Of a stretch of DNA of 34,290 bases, positions 1 to 9,646 are shown piece after piece. Made by a program: the position numbers and the translations under genes. The stretch is from an uncultured Terracidiphilus sp. (lineage in GTDB: Bacteria > Acidobacteriota > Terriglobia > Terriglobales > Acidobacteriaceae): the NCBI GenBank assembly GCA_964481595.1, contig CAYZVG010000001.1:1-34290 (forward strand), given 5' to 3'. The first letter of the stretch is position 1. Every line of letters begins with the position of its first letter. The notes beneath the pieces are model-generated. The model saw only the letters and a program-made list of their open reading frames with translations, was not told where the DNA came from and searched no databases.

Positions 1-174
1 AACCTGCACGAGTCGGCGGCATCGCAGGTAGGCAATCTGCTGCAGGGCGGGGGCGGAGACCTGAATGGCGTGATGATTGCGGTGGAGAAGGCGGATGTCG
101 CCTTCCAACTGATGATGCAGGTAAGAAACAAGATTGTGAACGCGTATCAAGATATCGAAAAAATGCAGTTCTAG
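1..174 (+). CDS. fliE: Flagellar hook-basal body protein FliE (3' part, truncated by window start)
   Basis: Frame 1 translates as NLHESAASQVGNLLQGGGGDLNGVMIAVEKADVAFQLMMQVRNKIVNAYQDIEKMQF* (TAG 172-174). The QVRNKIVNAYQ motif is the FliE C-terminus, and the gene lies directly before fliF. Confidence 0.95.
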   Translation, partial: NLHESAASQVGNLLQGGGGDLNGVMIAVEKADVAFQLMMQVRNKIVNAYQDIEKMQF

Positions 175-186
175 GGTTGGTAACCG

Positions 187-1800
187 ATGCCAGGTATGGA
201 TAATCTTTTCGAGCGGTTGAAGCAGTTCTGGGCAAGCCGCAGCGGCACGCAACGGGCGTTTCTTGTTGGCGGCGTGGGCGTGACGGTGGCCATGGTGGCG
301 CTGTTTGCGCACATGCTGGCGACGCCCGATTACAAGCCGCTGTACAAAGACCTTGAGCCTGCCGATGCGCAGACGATGGCCACGCAGCTTGACGCGCAGA
401 ACATTCCGCACCAGATAAGCGCCGACGGCAAAACGGTGAGCGTTCCCGCGGACAAGCTGGATGCGGCGCGCTTGCTGACAGCCACGCAGGGCCAGCCGCA
501 CAGCGGGCGAATGGGCTTTGAGATCTTCGACAAGATGAGCTGGGGCCAGACCGAGTTCGACGAGAAGGTCGCTTATCAGCGCGCGATGGAAGGCGAACTG
601 GAGCGGACCATCCAAACGCTCGCGGACGTGCAAACGGCGCGCGTGCACCTGGTGATGCCCACCGACTCAGTGTTTCTTGACCGGCAACGTGCGGCCAAGG
701 CATCGGTGATTCTCAGGCTCAAGCACAACAGCCTTTCAAAGGATGCGGTGGCCGCCATTGCGAATCTGGTATCGGGCGCGGTGGACGAGTTGAAGCCGGA
801 AGACGTTTCGATTATCGATGCGGACTCAGACCGTTCGCTTGGTTTGGGCCATGATGGACCCGGCAACAGCCAGGACGAAGAAGCGAGATTGACCGATCGG
901 CTCATCAACACGCTGGAGCCCGTTGTGGGCGCCAACGCAATTCGCGCAAGCGTGAATGTGGACTACGATCAGGCGTCGACCGATTCGAATGAAGAGAAAT
1001 ACGATCCATCGGTGAGCGCGCTGCTGAGCGTGCAGAGAACCGACGATGAAGCAGGCGGAGCCGCGGTTCCTTCCGGAGTTCCGGGAACGGCGAGCAACAT
1101 GCCGGCGGCCAAGCCGCCCAAGGGTGCCAGCGCAGCGCCCGCCAAGGCCGCACCTCCTGCGCAGGCACAGAACGCATCGCAATCGTCAAAGACTGAGACG
1201 GCGCAGTACGGCGTGAACAAAGTGGTGGTTCACACAATCACGCCCGCGGGACGTGTTCAGCGCATTACCGCCGCACTGCTGGTTGACGATGCGGTGATCA
1301 AGACCGAACACAACGGCAAGGTGACTGTGACGCGGCAGAAAAGATCGCAGGATGAGCTGAATCGCATTCAGGAGCTTGCGCAGGCGGCGATTGGATTCGA
1401 TGCCAAGCGCGGAGATTCCATCAGCGTTCAGAACCTGTCGTTCGGCGGCGGTGACGCGGATGCAGATTTGCCTGCGCCGAATTGGGCATCGAAGGTGCAG
1501 AAGACGGTTGCGGATTATTCGTCTCTGCTGCGGCCTCTTTCGCTGCTTGCGCTGTTCCTGATGGCGTATCTGCTGGTGATTCGTCCGGTGCAGAAACAAG
1601 CGCTGGGCCGTGGCGAACTTGGCGCTGGACTGCAACCCGCTTTGGCAACCGCGAATGCGCAAGCGCTTGGCGCGGGAGCGATGGACTCGCTCGACAATAG
1701 CCGTCATGCGGCGCTTTTGAAAGAACAGACCTTTGAACTCGCCCGTCAGAATCCGGTGGATACAGCGCGGGCCATGCAGGCTTGGATGCGAGAGGAATAG
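187..1800 (+). CDS. fliF: Flagellar MS-ring protein FliF
   Basis: Two TM segments; motifs GFEIFDK, YQRAMEGELERTI, ARVHLV, ASVIL. Confidence 0.97.
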   Translation: MPGMDNLFERLKQFWASRSGTQRAFLVGGVGVTVAMVALFAHMLATPDYKPLYKDLEPADAQTMATQLDAQNIPHQISADGKTVSVPADKLDAARLLTATQGQPHSGRMGFEIFDKMSWGQTEFDEKVAYQRAMEGELERTIQTLADVQTARVHLVMPTDSVFLDRQRAAKASVILRLKHNSLSKDAVAAIANLVSGAVDELKPEDVSIIDADSDRSLGLGHDGPGNSQDEEARLTDRLINTLEPVVGANAIRASVNVDYDQASTDSNEEKYDPSVSALLSVQRTDDEAGGAAVPSGVPGTASNMPAAKPPKGASAAPAKAAPPAQAQNASQSSKTETAQYGVNKVVVHTITPAGRVQRITAALLVDDAVIKTEHNGKVTVTRQKRSQDELNRIQELAQAAIGFDAKRGDSISVQNLSFGGGDADADLPAPNWASKVQKTVADYSSLLRPLSLLALFLMAYLLVIRPVQKQALGRGELGAGLQPALATANAQALGAGAMDSLDNSRHAALLKEQTFELARQNPVDTARAMQAWMREE

Positions 1801-1802
1801 CA

Positions 1803-2822
1803 ATGAGCTCACTCGAACGCACATCGCTCGGCGGGGCGCGCAAGGCCGCGATTTTACTCTCGCTTCTTGGCGAGGCTGGAGCCGCGCCAATTTTGCGGAG
1901 CCTGTCTAGCGATGACCTGGAGCGCGTTACCGAGGAAGTGGCGAATCTGCCGCGCGTTCCCGTGGAACTGACGGTGCAGGTGCTTGAAGAGTACAAGCAA
2001 ATGATGTCAGTGAAGGATTACGGTACGACGGGCGGTCCCGACGTTGCGGTAAGGATGCTGGTGAAGGCTTTTGGAGAAACCGGCGCCAAGAACATGGTGA
2101 AGAAGCTGAGCCGCGCGGACGACGGAGCTTCGTTTGATGTGGAGGCTCTGCGCAAGACCGATCCGCAAAAGCTGGCTCGTTTGCTGGCCGGCGAGCATGC
2201 GCAAACGCAGGCTATGATCCTTGGGCATCTTGATCCGAAACAGGCTTCCTCGTTGCTACTCACGCTGGAGCCGGAGGCGCGCGCCGAATGCGTAAAGCGC
2301 ATGGCGACCATGCGGCCATTTTCCGCCGAGGCGGCAGCAAAGGCTTCCCGCGTGATCAGCCGGCGTTTAGGTTCGGCGGGCGAGCAGACAAAGCGCGCGA
2401 AGCCGGGAGAGAAGACCCTGGCCGAAATGTTGAACAGGCTTAGCCCGGCTGTGTGCCGCGAGATACTCGAGAACATCGAGATGAGCGAGCCGGATGTTGC
2501 CATGAGTATTCGCGATCAACTATTCACGTTTGAAGATTTGACGGGAGTTTCAGAGCCGGATCTGCGTGAACTGGTGAACGCGCTCGACAAGAAGACGCTG
2601 ATGGTGGCACTCAAGTCGGCAAGCGAAGATCTGAAAGCACATATCTACAAGACCATGTCGTCGCGCGCAGTGGAGATGTTGAAGGAAGACTCCGAGATGA
2701 TGGGGCCGACGCGCGGCAAGGATGTAGCCAAGGCACAGAGCGAGATTATCGCAATCGCGCGCAAGCTCGAAGGCGAAGGAAAGATTGCCCTCAGAAGCCA
2801 GGGAGAGGACGAATATGTCTAG
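1803..2822 (+). CDS. fliG: Flagellar motor switch protein FliG
   Basis: GARKAAILLSLLGE N-terminus, EHAQ (EHPQ-like), LFTFEDL, MSSRAVEMLKED...GPTR. Start taken at ATG 1803, just after the fliF stop. Confidence 0.95.
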   Translation: MSSLERTSLGGARKAAILLSLLGEAGAAPILRSLSSDDLERVTEEVANLPRVPVELTVQVLEEYKQMMSVKDYGTTGGPDVAVRMLVKAFGETGAKNMVKKLSRADDGASFDVEALRKTDPQKLARLLAGEHAQTQAMILGHLDPKQASSLLLTLEPEARAECVKRMATMRPFSAEAAAKASRVISRRLGSAGEQTKRAKPGEKTLAEMLNRLSPAVCREILENIEMSEPDVAMSIRDQLFTFEDLTGVSEPDLRELVNALDKKTLMVALKSASEDLKAHIYKTMSSRAVEMLKEDSEMMGPTRGKDVAKAQSEIIAIARKLEGEGKIALRSQGEDEYV

Positions 2823-3486
2823 CTTGGAAACTCCAGTTCCCGTAGCAGCGTTGGAATACCGCGATATGTCTACCTGGCCAACGGGCGACGGTACGGCGCG
2901 GTCTTCATCTGCGCGCGAAGCCCTGAACGAACCCGGCACGCGCAGGCGGGAAGGGGACTTGAGCGAAGCGGAACTGGCCGCCAGAATCGCCCGCGAACGT
3001 GCCGACGCGGCAAGAGATGTGGAACAGGCGCTGCGCAAGGAGTATGAACAGAAGCTGATTGCGACGCGCGCCCCCATCGTCTCGGCGTTGGCTGGTTTTG
3101 AAGAGCAGCGCGACCAGTACTTTGGCCGCGTTGAGGCTGAGGTGGTTCAACTGGCGCTGTCGATTGCCGCAAAGATTCTTCATCGCGAGGCGCAGGTGGA
3201 CCCCATGCTGGTAGCGGCGCTGGTGCGGCTTGCAGTGGAGAAAATGCGCGAGGGATCGAACGTGACCGTGCGTGTTGGTTCGGGCAAGGGCGAGTCGTGG
3301 AGACGTTACTTTGCGAACATTCCGAGCGTGTCGCAGGTTGAGGTAGCTGAAGACGCGCACCTGACCGATCAGGATTGCATGGTGGAGACCGAGCTTGGCT
3401 CGGCCAACTTCGGACTGGATACGCAACTGAAGGAAGTTGAGCAAGGGTTCTTTGACCTGCTTGCCTTGAGGCCCGTCAGCCGATGA
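2815..3486 (+). CDS. fliH: Flagellar export protein FliH
   Basis: Lies between fliG and fliI; helical N-half, then VVQLALSIAAKIL and DCMVETELG. ATG 2815 follows GGAGAGGA and overlaps the fliG end. Confidence 0.9.
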   Translation: MSSLETPVPVAALEYRDMSTWPTGDGTARSSSAREALNEPGTRRREGDLSEAELAARIARERADAARDVEQALRKEYEQKLIATRAPIVSALAGFEEQRDQYFGRVEAEVVQLALSIAAKILHREAQVDPMLVAALVRLAVEKMREGSNVTVRVGSGKGESWRRYFANIPSVSQVEVAEDAHLTDQDCMVETELGSANFGLDTQLKEVEQGFFDLLALRPVSR

Positions 3487-4790
3487 GTCACCCGTTGCTG
3501 GCACCGTACACTCACTACCTGCGCACCGGCTCAACGCTGCGCTGGCGCGGCCGCATCAATCAGGTGGTCGGCAATCTGATTGAATCGGACGGACCGTTTT
3601 GCTCGGTCGGCGAGTGTTGCGAGATTATCGGTCACGGTGGCAACAGTTATCAGGGCGAGATCATCGGCTTTCGCGGTTCGACTATGCTCGCAATGGCCGC
3701 GGACCAGCCGCAGGGAATCCGCTACGGCGATCATCTGGTGACGTGGGGCGCGCGGCCCTCGATCCGCGTGGGGCCGGATATGCTGGGGCGCGTGATTGAT
3801 ACGGCCGGCAATCCGCTGGACTCGAAACCGGATTATCGCGCCGTGCACTCGGTTGTGTTGGATGGATCTGCGCCGCTTCCGCTGGAGCGCGTTCCCATTC
3901 GCGAGCCGCTGAGCTGCGGCATCCGCGCTATCGATGGCTTGCTCACATGCGGCCGCGGACAGCGCGTTGGCATCTTTGGCGGCAGCGGCGTGGGCAAGAG
4001 TACGCTGATTGGAATGATGGCCAGGGGAACCGCGGCGGATATGACGGTGCTGGCGCTGGTGGGTGAGCGCGGACGTGAAGTTGGCGAGTTCCTTGAGGTT
4101 CTTGGCGAGGAGGGTCTTCGCCGCGCGGTCGTGATTGTCTCCACTTCAGATCAATCGCCGGTGCTGAGGATTCGCGCGGCACTCGCTGCGACCGCGGTTG
4201 CCGAGCATTTTGCCAGCCTGGGCAAGAACGTGCTGCTCATCGTGGACTCGCTGACGCGCTTTGCCATGGCGCAGCGCGAGATTGGACTGGCCGCCGGCGA
4301 GCCGCCTACTGCGAAAGGCTATACGCCATCGGTGCTGAACATGCTGGCGCGGCTCGTTGAGCGCACCGGAAACTTTTCGCAGGGAAGCATTACCGCCTTC
4401 TACACGGTGTTGATGGAAGGCGACGATCAGCAGGATCCGGTTGTGGATACTGTACGATCGCTGCTCGACGGACACGTGCTGCTCGACAGAAATCTGGCGT
4501 TTCGCAATCACTACCCGCCCATTTCAATTCTCGACAGCGTGAGCCGGTTGATGACAAGCATGGTCTCAGACCAGCATCTTGCGAAGGCCAGCGCGCTGCG
4601 GTCGCAAATGGCGGTGTATAACCGCTCTGAAGATCTGATTCGCATCGGCGCGTATCAAAAAAACTCCGATCCAATGTTGGACAAGGCTATCGAGAATTTG
4701 CCCGCAATCGCCGAGTACCTGAAGCAGAAGCCGGACGAGTTCTCGACTTATGACAAGACGGTGGAGCGTTTGCTTGCGCTCCCCGTGTAA
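3483..4790 (+). CDS. fliI: Flagellar export ATPase FliI
   Basis: Walker A GGSGVGKS, GERGREV, DSLTRFAMAQREIGL..GEPP..KGY; ATGA overlap with fliH. Confidence 0.98.
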   Translation: MSHPLLAPYTHYLRTGSTLRWRGRINQVVGNLIESDGPFCSVGECCEIIGHGGNSYQGEIIGFRGSTMLAMAADQPQGIRYGDHLVTWGARPSIRVGPDMLGRVIDTAGNPLDSKPDYRAVHSVVLDGSAPLPLERVPIREPLSCGIRAIDGLLTCGRGQRVGIFGGSGVGKSTLIGMMARGTAADMTVLALVGERGREVGEFLEVLGEEGLRRAVVIVSTSDQSPVLRIRAALAATAVAEHFASLGKNVLLIVDSLTRFAMAQREIGLAAGEPPTAKGYTPSVLNMLARLVERTGNFSQGSITAFYTVLMEGDDQQDPVVDTVRSLLDGHVLLDRNLAFRNHYPPISILDSVSRLMTSMVSDQHLAKASALRSQMAVYNRSEDLIRIGAYQKNSDPMLDKAIENLPAIAEYLKQKPDEFSTYDKTVERLLALPV

Positions 4791-4833
4791 CCGCTTTTTA
4801 CGCAAATAAGACAAAGTACGAGGAAGTTAGAAT

Positions 4834-5271
4834 ATGGCATTTCGATCTGCATTAAAACCGGTACTGAGTGTGCGCGAGATTATTGAAAAGCGCGAAGAGG
4901 TTGCTCTCAAGAGGGCGCAGCTTGAGGTGACGCGCGTCCGCCGCAGGATTGAAGAGCTGACCGATGAATTGGCAAAAGCGAATCTGGAGCGGGACCAGGC
5001 GCTGCTGAAGAGTGTTCAGGCAAATCGCCTGCAGAGTATGCAGGGCGAGATCAACGCTGCCAATGAGACAAAGCAGCTTCTCAACGACACGCTGAAAACT
5101 CTAAAGAGCCAGCGCGACACGCAGATGAAGGTGTATACGACGGCTCACAGCGGCCGTCGCATGCTCAGCGAGTTTTTGGCGCAGCAGAAGAACCAGTATG
5201 AACAAGAGCAGACGAAGGTACAGCAGAAGCGACTCGACGACATCGTCGCAACGCGCTGGCAGAGAAACTGA
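4834..5271 (+). CDS. fliJ: Flagellar export protein FliJ
   Basis: 145-aa coiled coil directly after fliI, with an MAFRSALKPVL N-terminus and QQKRLDD near the C-terminus. Confidence 0.85.
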   Translation: MAFRSALKPVLSVREIIEKREEVALKRAQLEVTRVRRRIEELTDELAKANLERDQALLKSVQANRLQSMQGEINAANETKQLLNDTLKTLKSQRDTQMKVYTTAHSGRRMLSEFLAQQKNQYEQEQTKVQQKRLDDIVATRWQRN

Positions 5272-5305
5272 GGCTCTCGCTCATTCCTTGAGATGTTGAA
5301 TAGGC

Positions 5306-5342
5306 TGGCCCGCGACAAACCGTCGCGGGCCATTTTCATTTT
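5306..5342 (+). terminator. Intrinsic terminator after fliJ
   Basis: Perfect 11-bp stem TGGCCCGCGAC/GTCGCGGGCCA with a 5-nt loop, followed by TTTTCATTTT. Confidence 0.85.
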
Positions 5343-5377
5343 CGAATGTACTCAAAGACGCGCATCTGCACAGTTTG

Positions 5378-5415
5378 TAGGCATAGATTGCCTAGTCGTC
5401 CCGGCAACGATTGCC
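5378..5415. promoter_or_regulatory. Two ftr-like palindromes (GGC-N7-GCC), putative sigma-54 activator binding sites
   Basis: GGCATAGATTGCC (5380-5392) and GGCAACGATTGCC (5403-5415), 23 bp apart and ~110-140 bp upstream of a -24/-12 element. Confidence 0.55.
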
Positions 5416-5521
5416 TGTTTCAATACACATCGCAAAAGTGCGCGCTATGCGGCGTATGGATAACAAGCTCTAAATGTGTAGTTTGCAGGTTGCAAGCGAG
5501 AACGGTGCCAGGCCATCTCTC

Positions 5522-5537
5522 TGGCTTGCAACGTGCA
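5522..5537 (+). promoter_or_regulatory. Sigma-54-like -24/-12 promoter for fliK-flgD-flgE
   Basis: TGGCTTGCAACGTGCA with exact GG-N10-GC spacing. Confidence 0.55.
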
Positions 5538-5548
5538 ATGAATCAGGC

Positions 5549-7111
5549 GTGCGAGTAACGTTCAAACCCGACTCCTCAACTTCAACGGCAACTCATGCAT
5601 TGAAGGCGAGCAATTCAGCCGCGTCGTTCTTGCAGACGCTTGGGCGCGCATCAAGTGCTCAAAAGCCGATTGAAACGGGCAATAATTCGCAGGCCGGCAA
5701 TGACTCCGATCGGAGCGAGTCGAGCATGGGCAATGGTTCTCAAGCGGCTTCCCCAACCGCAGCGGATAACGACGCGCAGACGCGGCAGGCACAAGTGGCA
5801 AACTCGGCCGTAGCCACTGTGCAATTGAATCGCGTTGCGCGTGAAAGCAAGAGTGCCGCAAGCGCGCAGGCGAGTGCGGCGAGCTCATCGACAGATAGAT
5901 CACAGTCACAGTCGAAGATTGCGCAGCGCGCTGAAACTACAAGCACCGATGCCAATGCGGATAGCCAGGCCGCCGCACTGCAACCGGAAAACGCGCAGGC
6001 GCCCATTGTTGCACCGCAAATCCAGACGAATACTCAAGCAGATCCGAGCGGCGATCAAGGCGAAGAACACGGACCGGCGATGACGGCCGTTCACGGCAGC
6101 AATGATCGCGCGGATGCACATGCGGCTGGCGACTCAATGGCACGCGCAACTCAAGACGGCGCCACGGTCGGGGATGCTCAAGGCGCAGCGAATTCAGATC
6201 AGGTGGTAGCGGGAACCGATGCCGATGCCGGCCAGACAACCGCTCAGGCTTTTGCCGCGGGATTCACATTTGCCGCCGATGCGGCAGCGGCAAACACATT
6301 TGTGCAAGGCGTGGCTCCCAAGGTTGGCGATGGAAGCAGTATTGCCGGCAAAGCCTCGCAATACAAGACGGGCGGAGCAACATTCAACGCGGACGCAGCG
6401 AACGCAGCAAGCGGAACGAAGAGCAGCGCGACGGCCAACAACGCTCAATTGCAAGCAATGCAGACCAGCGCGCAACCAGCGCAGCACGCACAAGACAACG
6501 CAGCGCAGACGATCGCAATTGCGGCAAAGCCTTCTGACAGCGGTGCAACGCAAGCGATCGCATTGGCGGCGCACGCGACATCCGGCCCGGTCGTTTCATC
6601 GCACTCAGCTTCGACGAGCACAAGCGGAGCGCCCCTTGCAGGCCAGGAGGCAGGGAACTTGCCGGCAGAGCAACAGGAGACCGCCGCTGCCGCGGGAACG
6701 CCGGGCCTCAACACTGCGCAACTGATCCAAACCATGGGCCAATCGGAGATGCGTTTGGGATTGCACTCAGCGGAGTTTGGCGACATCTCAATTCGTACTT
6801 CGGTTTCGCAGCAGCAGATGCAGACGCAGATTTCGGTGAACCACGGCGGCCTTGAGAGCGCGATTTCAGCGCATCTTCCGGCGCTTGAAAACAAACTCGG
6901 CAGCGACTACGGGCTGCGTACATCGATTGAAGTGAATCAGTCGGGCGGATCGCTTTCCGGCAGTCACCAGCAGTCTTCGCAGCCGCAATCCGCACTGGCT
7001 CACGATAGCGTCTCCCAGAGCGGCGCAGAGCGTGTGGCAGAGATGGAACCAACGATTCTAGCGGCATCGCCCTACTTAGCAGATAGCGGCAGGCTCGACA
7101 TCAGAGCGTAG
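5549..7111 (+). CDS. fliK: Flagellar hook-length control protein FliK
   Basis: Long A/S/Q/T-rich disordered region, then a FliK C-domain (SEMRLGLHSAEFGDISIRTSV...LPALENKL) ending RLDIRA; located before flgD. Start uncertain: GTG 5549 chosen, although the frame is open from 5474. Confidence 0.85.
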   Translation: MRVTFKPDSSTSTATHALKASNSAASFLQTLGRASSAQKPIETGNNSQAGNDSDRSESSMGNGSQAASPTAADNDAQTRQAQVANSAVATVQLNRVARESKSAASAQASAASSSTDRSQSQSKIAQRAETTSTDANADSQAAALQPENAQAPIVAPQIQTNTQADPSGDQGEEHGPAMTAVHGSNDRADAHAAGDSMARATQDGATVGDAQGAANSDQVVAGTDADAGQTTAQAFAAGFTFAADAAAANTFVQGVAPKVGDGSSIAGKASQYKTGGATFNADAANAASGTKSSATANNAQLQAMQTSAQPAQHAQDNAAQTIAIAAKPSDSGATQAIALAAHATSGPVVSSHSASTSTSGAPLAGQEAGNLPAEQQETAAAAGTPGLNTAQLIQTMGQSEMRLGLHSAEFGDISIRTSVSQQQMQTQISVNHGGLESAISAHLPALENKLGSDYGLRTSIEVNQSGGSLSGSHQQSSQPQSALAHDSVSQSGAERVAEMEPTILAASPYLADSGRLDIRA

Positions 7112-7169
7112 ACAACAAAGTTCAGATACCGGGGCTTAAGACGAATTCGCAGTAGAAGAGGAAACGCAC

Positions 7170-7763
7170 ATGAACATTCAAGGAATCAGCCCGCTCATCA
7201 CCGCACCAGTTCAGGGACTGAGCGCCAGCAAGGTGAAGACGGCAGCCAGCACGAGCGCGTCAGGCACTTCGGGTACTTCTGGAACCTCGGGTACGTCGGG
7301 CAGCAGCTCGTCGAGCGGTTCGTCGAGTTTGTCGTCTTCCAGTCTGGAGACCACATTCCTGAATCTGCTGGTGACCGAACTGCAAAACCAGGACCCGACG
7401 TCTCCTGTCGATCCCACGGCGATGGTGGGCCAGATGGTGTCGTTGAATCAGTTGGATCAGCTCATCTCGATCAACCAGACGCTTTCAAGCATGTCAGGGA
7501 CCTCAGGAACGTCCGGTAGCTCCGGCAGTTCAGGGACTTCGGGGAGTTCCGGAACATCAGGCGCGTCGGGCCAGGCAGTCACGCAGGCCGCGGCCAACCC
7601 GCTCGCTTCGCAGCAATCGGCAAGTGCGCTACAGCCTTCGGCTTCAACGCAGATTCCGGCCGCCTATGCGGGCGCGGCGGCGAATCAGGGTTTGATGAAT
7701 CTTTACGGTAGTTTGGCAGCGCCAGCAGCAACCACAAATTCCATGTACACAGGAGTCCGGTAA
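7170..7763 (+). CDS. flgD: Flagellar hook capping protein FlgD (N-terminal domain only)
   Basis: FLNLLVTELQNQDPTSPVD motif; RBS AGAGGA; no recognisable C-terminal Tudor/Ig domains. Confidence 0.93.
   Translation: MNIQGISPLITAPVQGLSASKVKTAASTSASGTSGTSGTSGTSGSSSSSGSSSLSSSSLETTFLNLLVTELQNQDPTSPVDPTAMVGQMVSLNQLDQLISINQTLSSMSGTSGTSGSSGSSGTSGSSGTSGASGQAVTQAAANPLASQQSASALQPSASTQIPAAYAGAAANQGLMNLYGSLAAPAATTNSMYTGVR
7260..7343 (+). repeat. (SGT)n / poly-Ser coding repeat in flgD, block 1
   Basis: SGTSGTSGTSGTSGSSSSSGSSSLSSSS; 9-bp period with varied synonymous codons. Confidence 0.85.
7494..7571 (+). repeat. (SG[T/S])n coding repeat in flgD, block 2
   Basis: SGTSGTSGSSGSSGTSGSSGTSGASG. Confidence 0.85.
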
Positions 7764-9002
7764 ATGTCAGCCTTTTCGATACCTCTTTCAGGCCTTTCGG
7801 CGGCCAGTTCGGCGCTGAACGTGATTGCCAATAACCTTTCTAACCTGAACACGGATGGCTATAAGAACGAGAATCTGGATTTTGCCAGCATCTTCAGCGG
7901 GCTGCAGGGAACTTCAGGCAATGGCGATCCGATTCAGACAGGAAACGGCGTCAAGGTTGCGGGCACGGTTGCGAATTTTACAGACGGCAATACGAGCTCG
8001 ACCGGCGTCTCGTCCAACATGGCACTGCAGGGCAACGGCTTCTTTGTTGTGAAAGACAGCAATGGAACCGATTACACCCGCAACGGAGATTTCACGGTCA
8101 ACTCTCAGGGGCAACTGTGCACGCAGAGCGGAGCGCTTGTCATGGGGTATCCGGCGGTCAACGGCACGGTCCAGGCCGGCTCGGCGCTGGCGCCCATCTC
8201 GGTCGACCAGATCAACAACGTTCCCGCAACGGCCACCACCAGTTTTGAGATGACGACGAATCTCGACTCTTCGTCGGCAGTGGGCGCAACTTATAGCGAG
8301 CCCATCGCTGTGTACGATTCCTTGGGGCAGTCGCACACATTGACGGTGAATTACACCAACACCGCGCCGAATGCGTGGAGTTACAGCATCACTTTGCCGG
8401 CCGCGGATACTGGCGGAACGGGAACCGCGACTCAGGTTGCGTCAGGCAATCTGACGTTCAATTCGTCTGGCCAGCTCACTTCGCCAACAGGCAGCGTTCC
8501 AGGCATAGCCATTACAGGTCTCGCCGATGGGGCAGCGGATATGAACCTATCCTGGAACCTGAACGGCAGCGGCGGAACTCCTGCAATCACGCAGCAGGCA
8601 GCGACCAGCGCCACGAGCGGCCTTACGCAAAACGGTTATGCCAATGGAACCTTCACGGGTTATACGGTTCTGTCCGATGGAACGGTGCAGGCGCAGTTCA
8701 GCAACCAGCAGACCATGGCTCTGGGCCAAGTGGCAGTCGCCAGCTTTGCAAACAACCAAGGGCTGATTCAGACGCCGAATAGCGAGTATCAGGCTTCCTA
8801 CTCCTCCGGCGCTGCCGTGATTGGTCAGGCTGGCGCGGGAGGCGACGGCACCATCAGTGGAGGCTCGGTGGAAGAGTCCAACGTGAATCTATCTGCGCAG
8901 TTCGCAAACATGATCGTGGCACAGCAGGGCTATGAGGCCAACGCAAAGGTCCTCACCACGCTCGACCAGGTCTCTCAGGCGACGATTCAGGCCATCTCAT
9001 AA
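7764..9002 (+). CDS. flgE: Flagellar hook protein FlgE
   Basis: SGL...LNVIANNLSNLNTDGYK, YTRNGDF, VYDSLG, EESNVNLS...AQQGYEAN. Confidence 0.96.
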   Translation: MSAFSIPLSGLSAASSALNVIANNLSNLNTDGYKNENLDFASIFSGLQGTSGNGDPIQTGNGVKVAGTVANFTDGNTSSTGVSSNMALQGNGFFVVKDSNGTDYTRNGDFTVNSQGQLCTQSGALVMGYPAVNGTVQAGSALAPISVDQINNVPATATTSFEMTTNLDSSSAVGATYSEPIAVYDSLGQSHTLTVNYTNTAPNAWSYSITLPAADTGGTGTATQVASGNLTFNSSGQLTSPTGSVPGIAITGLADGAADMNLSWNLNGSGGTPAITQQAATSATSGLTQNGYANGTFTGYTVLSDGTVQAQFSNQQTMALGQVAVASFANNQGLIQTPNSEYQASYSSGAAVIGQAGAGGDGTISGGSVEESNVNLSAQFANMIVAQQGYEANAKVLTTLDQVSQATIQAIS

Positions 9003-9221
9003 GCGAGGATGAATTGAACTGTCGTTAAGTTACGATTAGAGAATTTTCCGGCGAAGATCGTCCGTGCCGCGAAAGTTCAATGCCGGGGCCCGGCTCTCAT
9101 GGCTGTCTCACCAGCCGTGGGGCCGGCGCGCCCGCGCATTTCCGCATGTATCTTGTTTTGATTCCTATGTTTGGGATCAAATCAAGTCCCCGCCTCGTTG
9201 CTCCCGCCGATCGCCTCATTC

Positions 9222-9237
9222 CGGCCCTCCGATTGCA
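9222..9237 (+). promoter_or_regulatory. Sigma-54-like -24/-12 promoter for the fliN-fliO-...-fliY block
   Basis: CGGCCCTCCGATTGCA (GG-N10-GC with TTGCA -12) in the ~340-bp intergenic gap. Confidence 0.45.
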
Positions 9238-9343
9238 TTTGAATTGGCACCATTGCTCCGCCCGTTGTGCGTTGTAGCCACCAGTGTCAGCAACATTGCC
9301 TGGTATGAACACATCGCCCTGGGTTGGAGCCGCGAGAGGCCAA

Positions 9344-9646
9344 ATGAGTGCAGCAGCTCAAAATCTGACCGTTAACCCCGCCCAGGCAGCCGACGCCGGC
9401 GCTTCGCCGAATCTGAAAGATCCAGTCGAGAGCATGCCCTGGCTTCCATGCACGCTCACGCTCGAAGTGCCCGTGGCCCACTTCACAATCGCCGACCTTC
9501 TTGGTTTGGAAAAGGGTTCCATCGTGGAGACCGCCTGGAGCAACACCAGCGATGTGCCGCTGCGCGTGAATCAACTGCTCGTCGGCTGGACCGAGTTTGA
9601 AGTGGTCGGCGACCGGCTTGCGGTTCGCATTACGGAGCAGCTATGA
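9344..9646 (+). CDS. fliN: Short FliN/SpoA-domain C-ring protein
   Basis: LPCTLTLEVP...IADLLGLEKGSIVE...VPLRVNQLLVGWTEFEVVGDRLAVRITE is a SpoA domain; ATG 9344 follows GAGAGG. Confidence 0.85.
   Translation: MSAAAQNLTVNPAQAADAGASPNLKDPVESMPWLPCTLTLEVPVAHFTIADLLGLEKGSIVETAWSNTSDVPLRVNQLLVGWTEFEVVGDRLAVRITEQL

Noticed and set aside
7260-7571. CRISPR or contingency-locus reading of short repeats
   Set aside because: The repeats are in-frame coding tracts with degenerate codons, without spacers or cas genes.
9245-9257. TGGCACCATTGCT as a sigma-54 promoter
   Set aside because: GG-to-GC spacing is 7 nt, not the required 10.
9064-9375. 103-aa ORF between flgE and fliN
   Set aside because: No homologous motifs; it overlaps predicted promoter elements and the fliN start.
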